Shown here: positions 54,609 to 64,000 of the stretch, piece by piece
How the letters are laid out: every line of letters starts with the position of its first letter
Position numbering within the stretch: the first letter of the stretch is position 1
DNA from: an uncultured SAR86 cluster bacterium
Lineage (GTDB): Bacteria; Pseudomonadota; Gammaproteobacteria; Magnimaribacterales; D2472
DNA length: 64,000 nt
Assembly: GCA_943789005.1 (NCBI GenBank)
Contig: CALSSL010000001.1
Span: 512,511-576,510, forward strand
Reading direction: 5' to 3'
Notes under the pieces: generated by a model
Databases searched by the model: none
Told to the model about the DNA's origin: nothing
What the model saw: the letters and a program-made list of their open reading frames with translations, nothing else
Position numbers and translations under genes: made by a program

Positions 54609-55411
54609 ATTCAAACTTTCTGAAAAGTTTATACCAGCCTTTGAGGGTTGTAGTTAAAGATGCTTCAGAAGCTATCATGGAGATATACCATAAAGATTCC
54701 TATGAACTTATTGAAAAATCTGATGGATCTCCTGTTACAGAAGCTGATAATAATGCAAATAAAATAATTCTGAATTCTCTAAAAAAAATATCACCAAATA
54801 TTTCAGTAGTTTCTGAAGAAACTTATGATAAAAGTTCTGAAATTCCAAAAGAGCCATATTGGCTTATAGATCCTTTAGATGGAACAAAAGAGTTCATTAA
54901 CAAATCAAATGATTTTACAGTTAACATAGCTTTGATTGAAAACAGAGTTTCTATATTTGGCACTATTTGTTCTCCAACCAGTAGCAAAATATGGCAGGGA
55001 TCTAAATTTGATGAGTGTAATAATGCCAATGATATGCCAGAGACCCTTCGTATTGTAATGAGCAAAAGTCATCAAACTGAAATAGATAAAGAATTTTTAA
55101 ATTATTTAAAGATTAATCATATTTCATTTGAAATAATTGAGAGAGGTAGTTCGCTAAAGCTATGCGCACTTTCTGACAATAAAGCTGATATTTACCCAAG
55201 GTTTGGCCCTACATCTGAATGGGATATTGCAGCAGGCCATGCTATTTTATCCAGCAACGGCGGACATGTATGCCAAATTCTTAATGAGCATTCTTTAGAT
55301 TATTCAAAAGACGAAACCATCCTTAATCCTGCTTTTGCAGCATTCAGAAATACATCACTAAAAAATCATTATCTTCCATTATTAAGCGGATTTTATAAAA
55401 AATTGGTATAA
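54599..55411 (+). CDS. cysQ: 3'(2'),5'-bisphosphate nucleotidase CysQ (inositol monophosphatase family)
   Basis: 270 aa with a GTG start. SPVTEAD, WLIDPLDGTKEF and WDIAAGHAI motifs. Confidence 0.8.
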   Translation: MHIDSNFLKSLYQPLRVVVKDASEAIMEIYHKDSYELIEKSDGSPVTEADNNANKIILNSLKKISPNISVVSEETYDKSSEIPKEPYWLIDPLDGTKEFINKSNDFTVNIALIENRVSIFGTICSPTSSKIWQGSKFDECNNANDMPETLRIVMSKSHQTEIDKEFLNYLKINHISFEIIERGSSLKLCALSDNKADIYPRFGPTSEWDIAAGHAILSSNGGHVCQILNEHSLDYSKDETILNPAFAAFRNTSLKNHYLPLLSGFYKKLV

Positions 55412-55469
55412 TTTTGTTAATAACATTAATTAATAATATAATTAATTATAAATAAAATTTATAATAAAT

Positions 55470-56330
55470 ATGGGAACACAGTTACAACCATCTCAGTTAA
55501 ATAGTCCGGGTAAGGATATTGAATCTTATTTAGCTTCTGTGCATTCAATTCCTATATTGACTAAAGAACAAGAGCAGGAATTAGCTTTAAAACTTTATGA
55601 AGAGGATGATTTAGATGCTGCTAGGCAACTTGTTATTCATCATCTGAGGTTTGTGGTGCATATTGCTAGATCTTATCAGGGCTATGGCTTGCCATTAGCT
55701 GATATTATTCAAGAGGGTAATGTTGGTCTAATGAAAGCTGTAGACAAATATGATCCCCATAGAGGTGTAAAAGTTGTATCTTTTGCTGTGCATTGGATTA
55801 AAGCTGAAATTCATGAATATATTCTTAAAAATTGGAGATTGGTTAAGATTGCCACAACTAAAGCTCAGAGAAAATTATTTTTTAACCTAAGAAGCAAGAA
55901 AAAAAGCTTAGAGTGGTTAACAAAAGAAGAGGCCGAAAAAATAGCTAAAGATTTAAATGTTGAAGTAAAAGATGTGCTTCACATGGAAAATAGACTTTCA
56001 TCTAATGATGCATCTTTTGATGCTCCAGTGGTATCTGAAAATGATGATGAGATGATGTCACCATCTCAATACATTGAAGACAACACATACGATCCTGAGA
56101 TTATTGTCGCAAAAGCTGAGGCAGATGACCTTAATCATAACGATTTGTCTGAGGCATTAAAAATGCTAGATGACAGAAGTAAAGATATTCTTCAGAGAAG
56201 ATATTTAGATGATGACAAAACCACTCTTCATGATCTTGCTGATGAATATGGTGTTTCTGCTGAAAGAATTAGACAAATTGAGAACGGAGCTTTAAAAAAA
56301 TTAAAAGCTTTGATGGTAAGCGCTGCTTAA
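55470..56330 (+). CDS. rpoH: RNA polymerase sigma-32 factor RpoH
   Basis: 286 aa. Sigma70 regions 2 and 4 plus the RpoH box QRKLFFNLR. Confidence 0.93.
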   Translation: MGTQLQPSQLNSPGKDIESYLASVHSIPILTKEQEQELALKLYEEDDLDAARQLVIHHLRFVVHIARSYQGYGLPLADIIQEGNVGLMKAVDKYDPHRGVKVVSFAVHWIKAEIHEYILKNWRLVKIATTKAQRKLFFNLRSKKKSLEWLTKEEAEKIAKDLNVEVKDVLHMENRLSSNDASFDAPVVSENDDEMMSPSQYIEDNTYDPEIIVAKAEADDLNHNDLSEALKMLDDRSKDILQRRYLDDDKTTLHDLADEYGVSAERIRQIENGALKKLKALMVSAA

Positions 56331-56347
56331 AAATTTTAATTTAGACC

Positions 56348-56995
56348 ATGCGTCATAAATTTTTACCTTCATTTGTTCAAAGAAAAGGCCGTTTAACAAA
56401 GAGCCAAGAAAAAAACCTTTTAAATCTCTCAAGTTATCAAATATCTTCCTATTCAGAAATCCTAAAAGCTAAGACCAATTTTAAAAAAATAATTTTAGAA
56501 ATAGGTTTTGGTAATGGAGAAAATATTTTTAAATTTGCTAAAAACAATTCAGAACACCTTTATATTGGTTCTGAAGTATACGTGTCTGGAATAGGCCAAT
56601 TGCTTGGAGATATTATTAGTAATGATTTAGATAACGTAAAAATCATTACAGGTGACATAAGGCTCATACTTGATGAGATTGCCGAGCCTATATTTGATCA
56701 TGTAGTTATCATTTGCCCAGATCCTTGGCCCAAATTAAAACATCACAAAAGAAGAATGCTTAATAATGATTTTTTAAATCTAATGCACAGGACTATAAAG
56801 GATGGTGGGCATTTGTTCATATCTACCGATTGGGAAAACTATGCTGAATCAATCGATGAGGCAATAAGCCAAAATAAAGGCTTTGTTAGGTTAAAAAATT
56901 CAATATACAAAGAAGCTGATTTAACCAAGTTTCAACAAAGAGCGTTAACAGAAGGTAGAAAAATATATCCTTTTCCGCTTCAAAAAATTAGCTAA
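56348..56995 (+). CDS. trmB: tRNA (guanine-N7)-methyltransferase TrmB
   Basis: 215 aa. LEIGFGNGE SAM motif and CPDPWPK motif. Confidence 0.9.
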   Translation: MRHKFLPSFVQRKGRLTKSQEKNLLNLSSYQISSYSEILKAKTNFKKIILEIGFGNGENIFKFAKNNSEHLYIGSEVYVSGIGQLLGDIISNDLDNVKIITGDIRLILDEIAEPIFDHVVIICPDPWPKLKHHKRRMLNNDFLNLMHRTIKDGGHLFISTDWENYAESIDEAISQNKGFVRLKNSIYKEADLTKFQQRALTEGRKIYPFPLQKIS

Positions 56996-58127
56996 ATATA
57001 TTTACAGTGTCGTTTAAAAACTTATAACCTTTTGAAGTAGCTTTTAAAGTATTTTTTTCAAGCAACCCTTTATCAATTCCTTGAAGAATTTTTTCTTTAA
57101 ATGAATTAGTTATATATATGTTCCTATTTTTTAGCTCACCAAAAGAGACCCCATTTTTTATTCTTAAAAGATTCATAGCAAGATCAAGGTCATATGAAAA
57201 GCTATCTATTTCAGTAGTTGATGATTTATTAGGATCTTTAATGTAAGAGTTAACTTTTTTTAGTTTAACCATTCTTTTTATTGACTCTTCTGTGGTAATT
57301 TTGCTATGAGCTCCAGGACCAACGCCCAAATAGTCACCATACATCCAGTAATTCATATTATGTTTGCTATATCTGTTATCTCTAGACCAAGAAGAGACTT
57401 CATATTGATAGATATTATTTTTGTTAAGAATCTCACCAGCTATAGACTCCATCGATTCAATAATAGAGTCTTCAGGTATCTTAAGTTCTTTTTTAAAGAA
57501 GATTGTATTTGGCTCAATAGTTAGCTGATACAAAGATAAATGATTAATTTTATATAAGCAGAATGTTTCAATATCAGACCTAAATGAGGAAAGTGACTGA
57601 TCCATAATGCCATATATTAAATCAATAGATGTTTCTATGCCTTTAAATCCAGACAAGATCTCCAATGCCTGAAAACTATCATGAGAGGTATGATTTCTTT
57701 CAAGACTATTTAATGTTGACTGATCAAAACTTTGAATACCAAGAGAAACTCTATTGATACCAGAATCAATAATTTTAGTTAGATAATCTTTTGTAACCTC
57801 TTTGGGATTGAGTTCAAAATTAATTTCACAACCTTGCTGAACAATTCGCATTTCATTTAGCTTATTAATAATGCTTCCAACCATTGTTGAAGATACCAGA
57901 GAGGGCGTACCCCCTCCAAAATATATTGAAGAAAACCGCCTTTCACCTATATATTTTTTTGAAAATTCTATGTCATAAAAAATAGCTTTCATCAATCGAT
58001 CTTCATCACCATCTGACCTATCAATACTTATATTAAAATCGCAATAAGGACATTTTTTTTCACACCATGGAAGATGTATATATAACGATATTGGTATCTT
58101 ATTAGGAGTAAATTTTTTCAAGCTCAT
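56988..58127 (-). CDS. hemW: Radical SAM heme chaperone HemW (HemN-like, oxygen-independent coproporphyrinogen oxidase family)
   Basis: 379 aa. LYIHLPWCEKKCPYCDF is the CxxxCxxC cluster. GGGTPS motif present. Confidence 0.9.
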   Translation of the reverse strand: MSLKKFTPNKIPISLYIHLPWCEKKCPYCDFNISIDRSDGDEDRLMKAIFYDIEFSKKYIGERRFSSIYFGGGTPSLVSSTMVGSIINKLNEMRIVQQGCEINFELNPKEVTKDYLTKIIDSGINRVSLGIQSFDQSTLNSLERNHTSHDSFQALEILSGFKGIETSIDLIYGIMDQSLSSFRSDIETFCLYKINHLSLYQLTIEPNTIFFKKELKIPEDSIIESMESIAGEILNKNNIYQYEVSSWSRDNRYSKHNMNYWMYGDYLGVGPGAHSKITTEESIKRMVKLKKVNSYIKDPNKSSTTEIDSFSYDLDLAMNLLRIKNGVSFGELKNRNIYITNSFKEKILQGIDKGLLEKNTLKATSKGYKFLNDTVNIFS

Positions 58128-58704
58128 TTAAAAATGATTTTGCTGCCACAGCTCTATGACTGATGCTATTTTTAATATCTGAGTCCATCGTCGCCATAGA
58201 GATAGCATAGTTATTTGGATAAAAAATCTTATCGTAACCAAAGCCGCCTTCGCCTGAACTTTTTATCGAAACCTTGCCATGAATTTCTCCATACGCATAT
58301 AAGGGGACTGGATCAGAGTAAGACCTGACTCCAACAAGAACACATACATAATATGCATCAAGAGAGGTTTTTTTTAGTCTCTTTATTTCTGAAATAATTT
58401 TATCTCGATTATCTTTATCAGATGCATTTTCTCCCGCATACCTTGCTGAAAAGATTCCTGGTTCATAGTTTAGTTCTGGAACAACTATTCCAGAATCATC
58501 AGCTATTGTAAAAATTTGTGATTCTTTTGATGCGTGCCTTGCTTTTTTTAGAGCATTTTCAAAAAAGCTCATCCCATCCTCAATAGCATCCCCAATACCA
58601 AGTTCCTCTTGAGATACAAGCTCATACTTATTAAAAATTTTTTTAAATTCTTTAATTTTTCCTTTGTTGGATGAGGCTAAAAGGATTTTTTTATTTTCTA
58701 GCAA
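58102..58704 (-). CDS. rdgB: dITP/XTP pyrophosphatase RdgB (Ham1 family)
   Basis: ILLASSNKGKIKEF, and FGYDKIF near the C-terminus. TTG 58704 gives a canonical 200-aa length. The ORF-track start at 58776 runs deep into metW. Confidence 0.8.
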   Translation of the reverse strand: MLENKKILLASSNKGKIKEFKKIFNKYELVSQEELGIGDAIEDGMSFFENALKKARHASKESQIFTIADDSGIVVPELNYEPGIFSARYAGENASDKDNRDKIISEIKRLKKTSLDAYYVCVLVGVRSYSDPVPLYAYGEIHGKVSIKSSGEGGFGYDKIFYPNNYAISMATMDSDIKNSISHRAVAAKSFLNELEKIYS

Positions 58705-59284
58705 GCAGATAAACTCCTTCAGAAGCGAATGCATTAGGCATGGCCGAAGAAAGAATATTCTTGGCTCCCTTATCATTTAAATAAAATCTTTCGTTAATTA
58801 CAAACCCTTCACTTTCACATAACCCTTCAAAATCTCTAATAGTACATAAGTGTAAGTTTTTTGTTTCGTACCAACTTGATGGAAGGTTTGGTGTGACAGG
58901 CATTCTTCCTAATGCAAGGTCTATCCTGCACTTCCAGAACCCAAGGTTTGGCAATGTAACAATGCATTGTTTGGAAAGATGAAGCATTTTTCTTAGAGCT
59001 ATATGAGGTTCTTTAAGGCATTGAATTGAGCTAGCCATAATTGCCACATCAAAACTAGAGGATTTAAAGTCATCTATGCCCTCATCAATATCTTTCTCAA
59101 TTACAGATATGCCCCTATAAACACATTCTTGAATTTTTGCATGATCTATTTCTACTCCGTAACCATGAACACCTTTGTGATCAATTAAATTTTTAAGAAG
59201 AGAGCCATCACCACAGCCAAAATCAATAACTTTGCTTTCTTTTGGTATCCAATTTTTTATTATATTTGCTTTTAGATTATTCAT
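58691..59284 (-). CDS. metW: Methionine biosynthesis protein MetW
   Basis: 197 aa. VIDFGCGDGSLL SAM-like motif. Follows and overlaps metX. Confidence 0.9.
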   Translation of the reverse strand: MNNLKANIIKNWIPKESKVIDFGCGDGSLLKNLIDHKGVHGYGVEIDHAKIQECVYRGISVIEKDIDEGIDDFKSSSFDVAIMASSIQCLKEPHIALRKMLHLSKQCIVTLPNLGFWKCRIDLALGRMPVTPNLPSSWYETKNLHLCTIRDFEGLCESEGFVINERFYLNDKGAKNILSSAMPNAFASEGVYLLARK

Positions 59285-60378
59285 TCGGCCTCTATAAAAG
59301 CTTTTAATATATTTACATATCTATCTGAAGCAAACAGAAAACTATCGTGACCTTGTTTTCCTTCAAGAATCACGCAAGAGCAAGCTACATTTGCATTCAT
59401 TGCTGCTAATTGTATTTCTTTGCTGCGTTTAGGTGGGTAAAGCCAGTCGCTATCAAAGCCAACAAGTAAAAGCTTAGCTTTTACAGGTGATAAAGCCTGT
59501 TCAAGATCTCCATCGGTCTGATAAGAAGCATCATATCCGTCCATTGCCTTTGTCATCAGAATGTAGCTGTTAGCATCAAAAATATCTGAAAATTTTTCTC
59601 CCTTGTATTGTAAGTAATTTTCAACTTGGTAATCTATACCTTTATCAATCTTAGATTTAATATCTTGAAAATTCCTTCCAAATTTTTCATCCATGATGCC
59701 TTCGGATGAATAGGTAATATGTCCAAGCATTCGAGCAGTTTTTAAACCATTTTTAGGTTTTACATCATGAAGCAAATAATCCCCATCCATAAAATTCTTG
59801 TCTTTTCTAATTGCCTCACGACCAACTTCATTCATGGCAATGTTCTGAGTGCTAGATTTAGCAGCGGCAGCAAATATTCCTGCTTTATTTAAACTTTCCG
59901 GAAATGAGATAGACCACTGAAGTGCTTGCATGCCCCCTAAACTGCCACCAAGGACCATGTGCCATTTTTTTATTTCGAAATAATTTGATAATTGTTTTTG
60001 AGAATTAACCCAGTCAACAACACTCACAGCAGGAAAATCTTTGCCATATGGTTTTTTGCTTATAGGATTTGTGCTTAGTGGCCCTGATGAGCCAGAACAC
60101 CCTCCTAAGTTATTGGAGCAGACCACAAAATACTTGTTAGTATCGACCGCTTTACCTGGACCAATAATATTATCCCACCAGCCTATATCTTTTTTGTCTT
60201 CTGAGATACCGGCAGCATGATGGTTGCCTGAAAAGGCATGACATATAAGAATTCCGTTGGACTTGTCTTTGTTTAGCTCACCATAAGTCTCAACCATTAA
60301 TTCGAATGAATCGAGCCTTGCCCCACAGGCTAGATCAAGACCATTATCAAATTTAATTAGGCTGCTGCTCGTTTTCAT
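59281..60378 (-). CDS. metX: Homoserine O-acyltransferase MetX (alpha/beta hydrolase)
   Basis: 365 aa. CHAFSGNHH and GGSLGGMQAL (nucleophile elbow), with a GHDSF tail. Confidence 0.92.
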   Translation of the reverse strand: MKTSSSLIKFDNGLDLACGARLDSFELMVETYGELNKDKSNGILICHAFSGNHHAAGISEDKKDIGWWDNIIGPGKAVDTNKYFVVCSNNLGGCSGSSGPLSTNPISKKPYGKDFPAVSVVDWVNSQKQLSNYFEIKKWHMVLGGSLGGMQALQWSISFPESLNKAGIFAAAAKSSTQNIAMNEVGREAIRKDKNFMDGDYLLHDVKPKNGLKTARMLGHITYSSEGIMDEKFGRNFQDIKSKIDKGIDYQVENYLQYKGEKFSDIFDANSYILMTKAMDGYDASYQTDGDLEQALSPVKAKLLLVGFDSDWLYPPKRSKEIQLAAMNANVACSCVILEGKQGHDSFLFASDRYVNILKAFIEAE

Positions 60379-60887
60379 ATAATTGATCTTATTATGCTTG
60401 CTAGAAGAATCTCCACCTGCCTAATAAAAATCAAAGCAAATATAGGTGAGATATCTATTCCACCCATAGATGGTATAAATTTTCTAATTGGCGCTAAAAG
60501 TTTGGTAGATATTTCTTCAACTAATTTCAATAACGGGTGAGGGTTTCCAGGAGCAATCCAGCTTAAAACTACCGAGCCAATTATACAAAAGAAAAAAATT
60601 GTTACAGTTGCATTTAAAGTTTCAATCACTGAAATCACACCAAGAACATATTCATCATATTGGCTGGAATACAGAAGATAATACCCAGAAAACTTTAACA
60701 AAACTGCTAGTAAAAAAATTGTATAAACTTGATTAGAGAAAATAGATATTTTACTTATTGGGCTATAGAAATTAACAAATGCTTTTACAACTGGATTATA
60801 GTAGTCAACCTTCAGAGTATAGAATACAAACATTATTATAAAAAAATAACTCAAAACGCCAAGACATAAACTTATTATCTCATTCAT
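60375..60887 (-). CDS. YggT family membrane protein
   Basis: 170 aa with four TM segments, positioned between proC and metX as in many gammaproteobacteria. Confidence 0.7.
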   Translation of the reverse strand: MNEIISLCLGVLSYFFIIMFVFYTLKVDYYNPVVKAFVNFYSPISKISIFSNQVYTIFLLAVLLKFSGYYLLYSSQYDEYVLGVISVIETLNATVTIFFFCIIGSVVLSWIAPGNPHPLLKLVEEISTKLLAPIRKFIPSMGGIDISPIFALIFIRQVEILLASIIRSII

Positions 60888-60888
60888 A

Positions 60889-61680
60889 TTAAAACTCTCT
60901 AGAAATTTCTTTAGATCTTTTTATTGCTGCTGCAATACCCTTATCAAAACTCTTAGATAATTCAGAGTTTTTAAAGCTCTTGATACCGGCTTCTGTGGTA
61001 CCTTTTTTTGAAGCTACAGCCTTAATTAAAGCATCTGTTGTCTCTCCGCTACCAATTGACTTGGAGATGCCTTCAAGAAGATTACTTATAATAAGATTCT
61101 TTTTTTTAACGTCTCCATTGCAAATTTTTATTATGCGTTTTTCGTATACTTGAAGAAGATAAAAAAAGTATGCAGGACCACTTCCAACAAGGCCTGTGAA
61201 ATCATCCAGATGTGATTCTTTGTCAATATCTAAAACCATTCCAACTTTTTTAAAAAGAAGGGCAATTTCTTTTTGAGTAACTTTTGATGCTGAAATATTA
61301 AACAAAGCAGTGATTCCTTTTTTAAATCTAGATGATGTATTGGGCATCACTCTCATTAGCTCAACATTTGCAAATTGAGAAAGATATTTTTTTGATTTAA
61401 TTCCAGCAACTAAAGAAATAATTTTAGGCTTTTTAATCAAAGAGCATACTTCTGAGTATGCACTTAAAGCATCTTTAGGCTTAACCGCTAATATAAAAAT
61501 ATCAGAAGACTGCACGTTATTAATTGAGTATTTTTTAATTTTTAGCTTATCGAGCTTAGCAGAGTTAGATTTATTTCTATCAATATAAAATAGATTTTTT
61601 CTGCTATGTCCACTCTCAATTAAGCCCTCTACAATAGCTTGAGATATATTTCCTGCTCCAACAAATATTACTCTTTTCAT
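60889..61680 (-). CDS. proC: Pyrroline-5-carboxylate reductase
   Basis: 263 aa. VIFVGAGNISQAI Rossmann motif and C-terminal SKKGTTEAG motif. Confidence 0.9.
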   Translation of the reverse strand: MKRVIFVGAGNISQAIVEGLIESGHSRKNLFYIDRNKSNSAKLDKLKIKKYSINNVQSSDIFILAVKPKDALSAYSEVCSLIKKPKIISLVAGIKSKKYLSQFANVELMRVMPNTSSRFKKGITALFNISASKVTQKEIALLFKKVGMVLDIDKESHLDDFTGLVGSGPAYFFYLLQVYEKRIIKICNGDVKKKNLIISNLLEGISKSIGSGETTDALIKAVASKKGTTEAGIKSFKNSELSKSFDKGIAAAIKRSKEISREF

Positions 61681-62354
61681 TATCTTTTACCAAAAATTAG
61701 CTCCCCAATTCTTACCATATTTGACCCAAATTTTATTGCAGACTCAAAGTCATTGGTAGTACCCATGGATAGATATTTAGCATCTGGATGAAATTCTATC
61801 AATTTATTATGTAGTTTTTTTGATTTAATCATCTGCTCTTTTACATCTCCCGCAAGGCTAGGGAGAACCATTATGCCCTTTAAATGAATATTTTCCAGCA
61901 ACTTAATATGATCTGCAAAGTCGAGCAATTCTTCGGGCCTTAATCCAGACTTAGATGCCTCTCCCGAAATATTGATTTGTATGCACCCATTTATTTTTTT
62001 GTTCGCACTCTGACATTCAGAATTAATTTTATTTGCTATTTTTTCTCTATCTAATGAATGAATCCAGTCAGCGTTTATAGCAATGCTTTTTGCTTTATTG
62101 GACTGAAGGGGCCCAATAAAATGCCAAATGATTTCTTTATAATTGAGTTGTTTTACTTTTTCTTCTAATTCTTGAGCATAATTTTCACCAAAGTTTCTTA
62201 TTCCTATCTCATACGCATTTTTAATATGCTCAATGCTCTTTTTCTTTGATACTGCAATCAAAGATATTTCATTAGATTCTTTTAGTATTTTTTTGCAGGC
62301 TTCATCAATTCTTAATTGAATATTATCAATCTGTGATCTTAATTCTTTTTGCAT
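61680..62354 (-). CDS. yggS: YggS family pyridoxal-phosphate homeostasis protein
   Basis: 224 aa. LIAVSKKK (PLP lysine), WHFIGPLQSNK, LSMGTTNDFESAI. Confidence 0.9.
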   Translation of the reverse strand: MQKELRSQIDNIQLRIDEACKKILKESNEISLIAVSKKKSIEHIKNAYEIGIRNFGENYAQELEEKVKQLNYKEIIWHFIGPLQSNKAKSIAINADWIHSLDREKIANKINSECQSANKKINGCIQINISGEASKSGLRPEELLDFADHIKLLENIHLKGIMVLPSLAGDVKEQMIKSKKLHNKLIEFHPDAKYLSMGTTNDFESAIKFGSNMVRIGELIFGKR

Positions 62355-62872
62355 AACGTTCTTAGACGAGGATCAAAGCCATTTTTTGTTATTTGCTCTT
62401 TAGCATTATTTGCTGCAGACCTATTTTCATATGGGCCGCTTAAAACGCTGAAAAGCAATTTTTCAGGATTAGAAGCGCTATATATTTCATTAATTGATAT
62501 TAATTCAATGTCATTAAGTATTTCTTTTGCCTCATAGGCATATTTTTTATTACCGTATGCCCCAATTTGAACAAAGTATTCACAAGACATAAAATTTGCT
62601 TCGTCTGAAGTCTCAATAAGAATAGAATTTTCTATAAGAGATGTTGGAAAGTCTATAGTTATATTGTTTAAATTTTCTCTTGGCTCAATTCTCTTAATAT
62701 CAGTTTCAAAATACATAAATGAAATTACAGCAAGCGTTATTGCCATAAAAATTATCCCCATCAATAAGCTACCAGATACAACTAAGGTATTTTTCTTCTT
62801 TGATCTAAATACAGTTTTTTTAGTTTTTATATGATTTTTTTTAGATGAGTTTCTTTTTGCATAATCTCTCAT
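62339..62872 (-). CDS. SPOR domain-containing membrane-anchored protein
   Basis: 177 aa. Basic N-terminus, one TM segment, and a C-terminal YFVQIGAYGNKKYA...SGPYENRSAANNAKEQI SPOR repeat. Confidence 0.7.
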   Translation of the reverse strand: MRDYAKRNSSKKNHIKTKKTVFRSKKKNTLVVSGSLLMGIIFMAITLAVISFMYFETDIKRIEPRENLNNITIDFPTSLIENSILIETSDEANFMSCEYFVQIGAYGNKKYAYEAKEILNDIELISINEIYSASNPEKLLFSVLSGPYENRSAANNAKEQITKNGFDPRLRTLCKKN

Positions 62873-62877
62873 AAATT

Positions 62878-64000
62878 CTACATTTTCTCTATTGGCTTTA
62901 TGCCCAGTAGACCAAGTCCATTAGATAAAATTATTTTTGCTGCATTAAGGCAGTAGATAATTGCTTCAATATTCTCTTTTGACTCAGTCAACACCTGATT
63001 ATCATTATAAAAGCTGTGAAAAAAGTGAGCAAAATCTTTTAAATAAAATATTATTAAATGGGGCTGAAGAGAGGATGATGCTCTTGATACAACATTTGGA
63101 TATTTGCTCATCTCATGTATTAATTTGTCACAATTTTTATATGATCCATTAGCTACGGCAGTTGCCATCTTAGGCATTGATGAATTTTCATTTATGTATT
63201 TTGTTAGAAGTGAGCATATTCTGGCATGAGCATATTGAATGTAATAAAACATATTTTCTTTGCTATCAGCCTTTGCAAGATTTAGATCAAAATCCAAGTG
63301 TTGATCGGCTTGCTTTGAAAGATAATAGAATCTCGCGGCGTCTGTACCAATTTCATTTATTAGATCTGATAAAGAAAAGAACTCACCAGATCTTGTGGAC
63401 ATTTTTACCTTATTGCCATCCTTATAAAGGTTGGCAAATTGAACCAATTGGACATCGAGCTTCTCTTTATCAAAACCAAGACCCTTAATGGAAGCTTCTA
63501 TCCTTTTTATATATCCGTGGTGATCGGCACCCCAAACATTAATAAGTTTATTAAAACCTCTATCTATTTTATCTTTGTGATACGCCACATCAGACGCAAA
63601 ATATGTAGCCCTTCCATCATCCCTTATAAGAACTCTATTTTTATCGTCACCTGAATCTATAGTGTTTAGCCAAATTGCTCCATTTTCTTCATAAGCAAGC
63701 CCTTTATTTTTTAATGATTTAATTGCTAATGATATTTTTGAATCATTAGCATTTAAATCACCAAGACTTGACTCGCTAAACCAGTTATCAAAAGATACAT
63801 TAAAATTTTCAAGATCAGTTCTGATTGTTTGCAACACTTTACTTAGCGCAAATGACTTAATTTTTATCCATAGCTTATTTTCTTTGTTTTTAATTCTTAA
63901 AATTAATTCATCTATTTCTTTTTCTTCATCTTGCGGAAGGTCTTTAATTAATATTCTTGAATCAATAAGATTGCCAGGCTTATGTTTTTCTTTAAATAAT
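62878..64000 (-). CDS. argS: Arginine--tRNA ligase, C-terminal part (continues past the right edge)
   Basis: The frame stays open from 63837 to nt 64000 (...HKPGNLIDSRILIKDLPQDEEKEIDEL...). WGADHHGY, KMSTRSG (KMSKS-like) and the anticodon-binding domain ending ...PIEKM are present. Confidence 0.9.
   Translation of the reverse strand, partial: LFKEKHKPGNLIDSRILIKDLPQDEEKEIDELILRIKNKENKLWIKIKSFALSKVLQTIRTDLENFNVSFDNWFSESSLGDLNANDSKISLAIKSLKNKGLAYEENGAIWLNTIDSGDDKNRVLIRDDGRATYFASDVAYHKDKIDRGFNKLINVWGADHHGYIKRIEASIKGLGFDKEKLDVQLVQFANLYKDGNKVKMSTRSGEFFSLSDLINEIGTDAARFYYLSKQADQHLDFDLNLAKADSKENMFYYIQYAHARICSLLTKYINENSSMPKMATAVANGSYKNCDKLIHEMSKYPNVVSRASSSLQPHLIIFYLKDFAHFFHSFYNDNQVLTESKENIEAIIYCLNAAKIILSNGLGLLGIKPIEKM

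Overview
AT-rich, tightly packed 64-kb bacterial chromosome segment. Gene content and order (glmU-glmS, typA, uvrD, lipB-lipA, rpoH, trmB, hemW-rdgB-metW-metX-yggT-proC-yggS, argS) suggest a streamlined marine proteobacterium, probably gamma; this is inference only. I recognised no rRNA, tRNA, CRISPR array, transposase or integrase. Most of the window is housekeeping or metabolic, with two accessory patches. (1) 1.96-7.2 kb, directly downstream of glmS, holds cassette-like gene units separated by copies of one structured repeat family of about 75-175 bp per boundary. The units include a visibly higher-GC insert with two sulfotransferases and a BacNav-type voltage-gated channel with an unusual TFDDW pore filter. 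(2) 35.3-41.2 kb is a defence-island-like patch and my best candidate for an undescribed system. A beta-class DNA methyltransferase fused to a C-terminal HNH nuclease is transcribed divergently from a 696-aa soluble KAP-family P-loop NTPase with an unassigned C-terminal domain. A 3'-truncated DUF2779/Cas4-like nuclease follows. Next to it is a minus-strand operon with a MazG-like NTP pyrophosphohydrolase, two micro-ORFs, a tandem 20-aa-repeat protein and a helical protein. Other observations: four clear (possibly five) single-nucleotide frame disruptions, all next to 3-nt homopolymers (ALDH7-type dehydrogenase twice, uvrD, TRAP solute receptor, possibly a small ORF). There are also two paralogous membrane-protein + XRE-regulator modules with palindromic candidate operators, and an in-frame stop at codon 3 of a crotonase gene. 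All functional calls come from motif recognition by eye; no searches were run.
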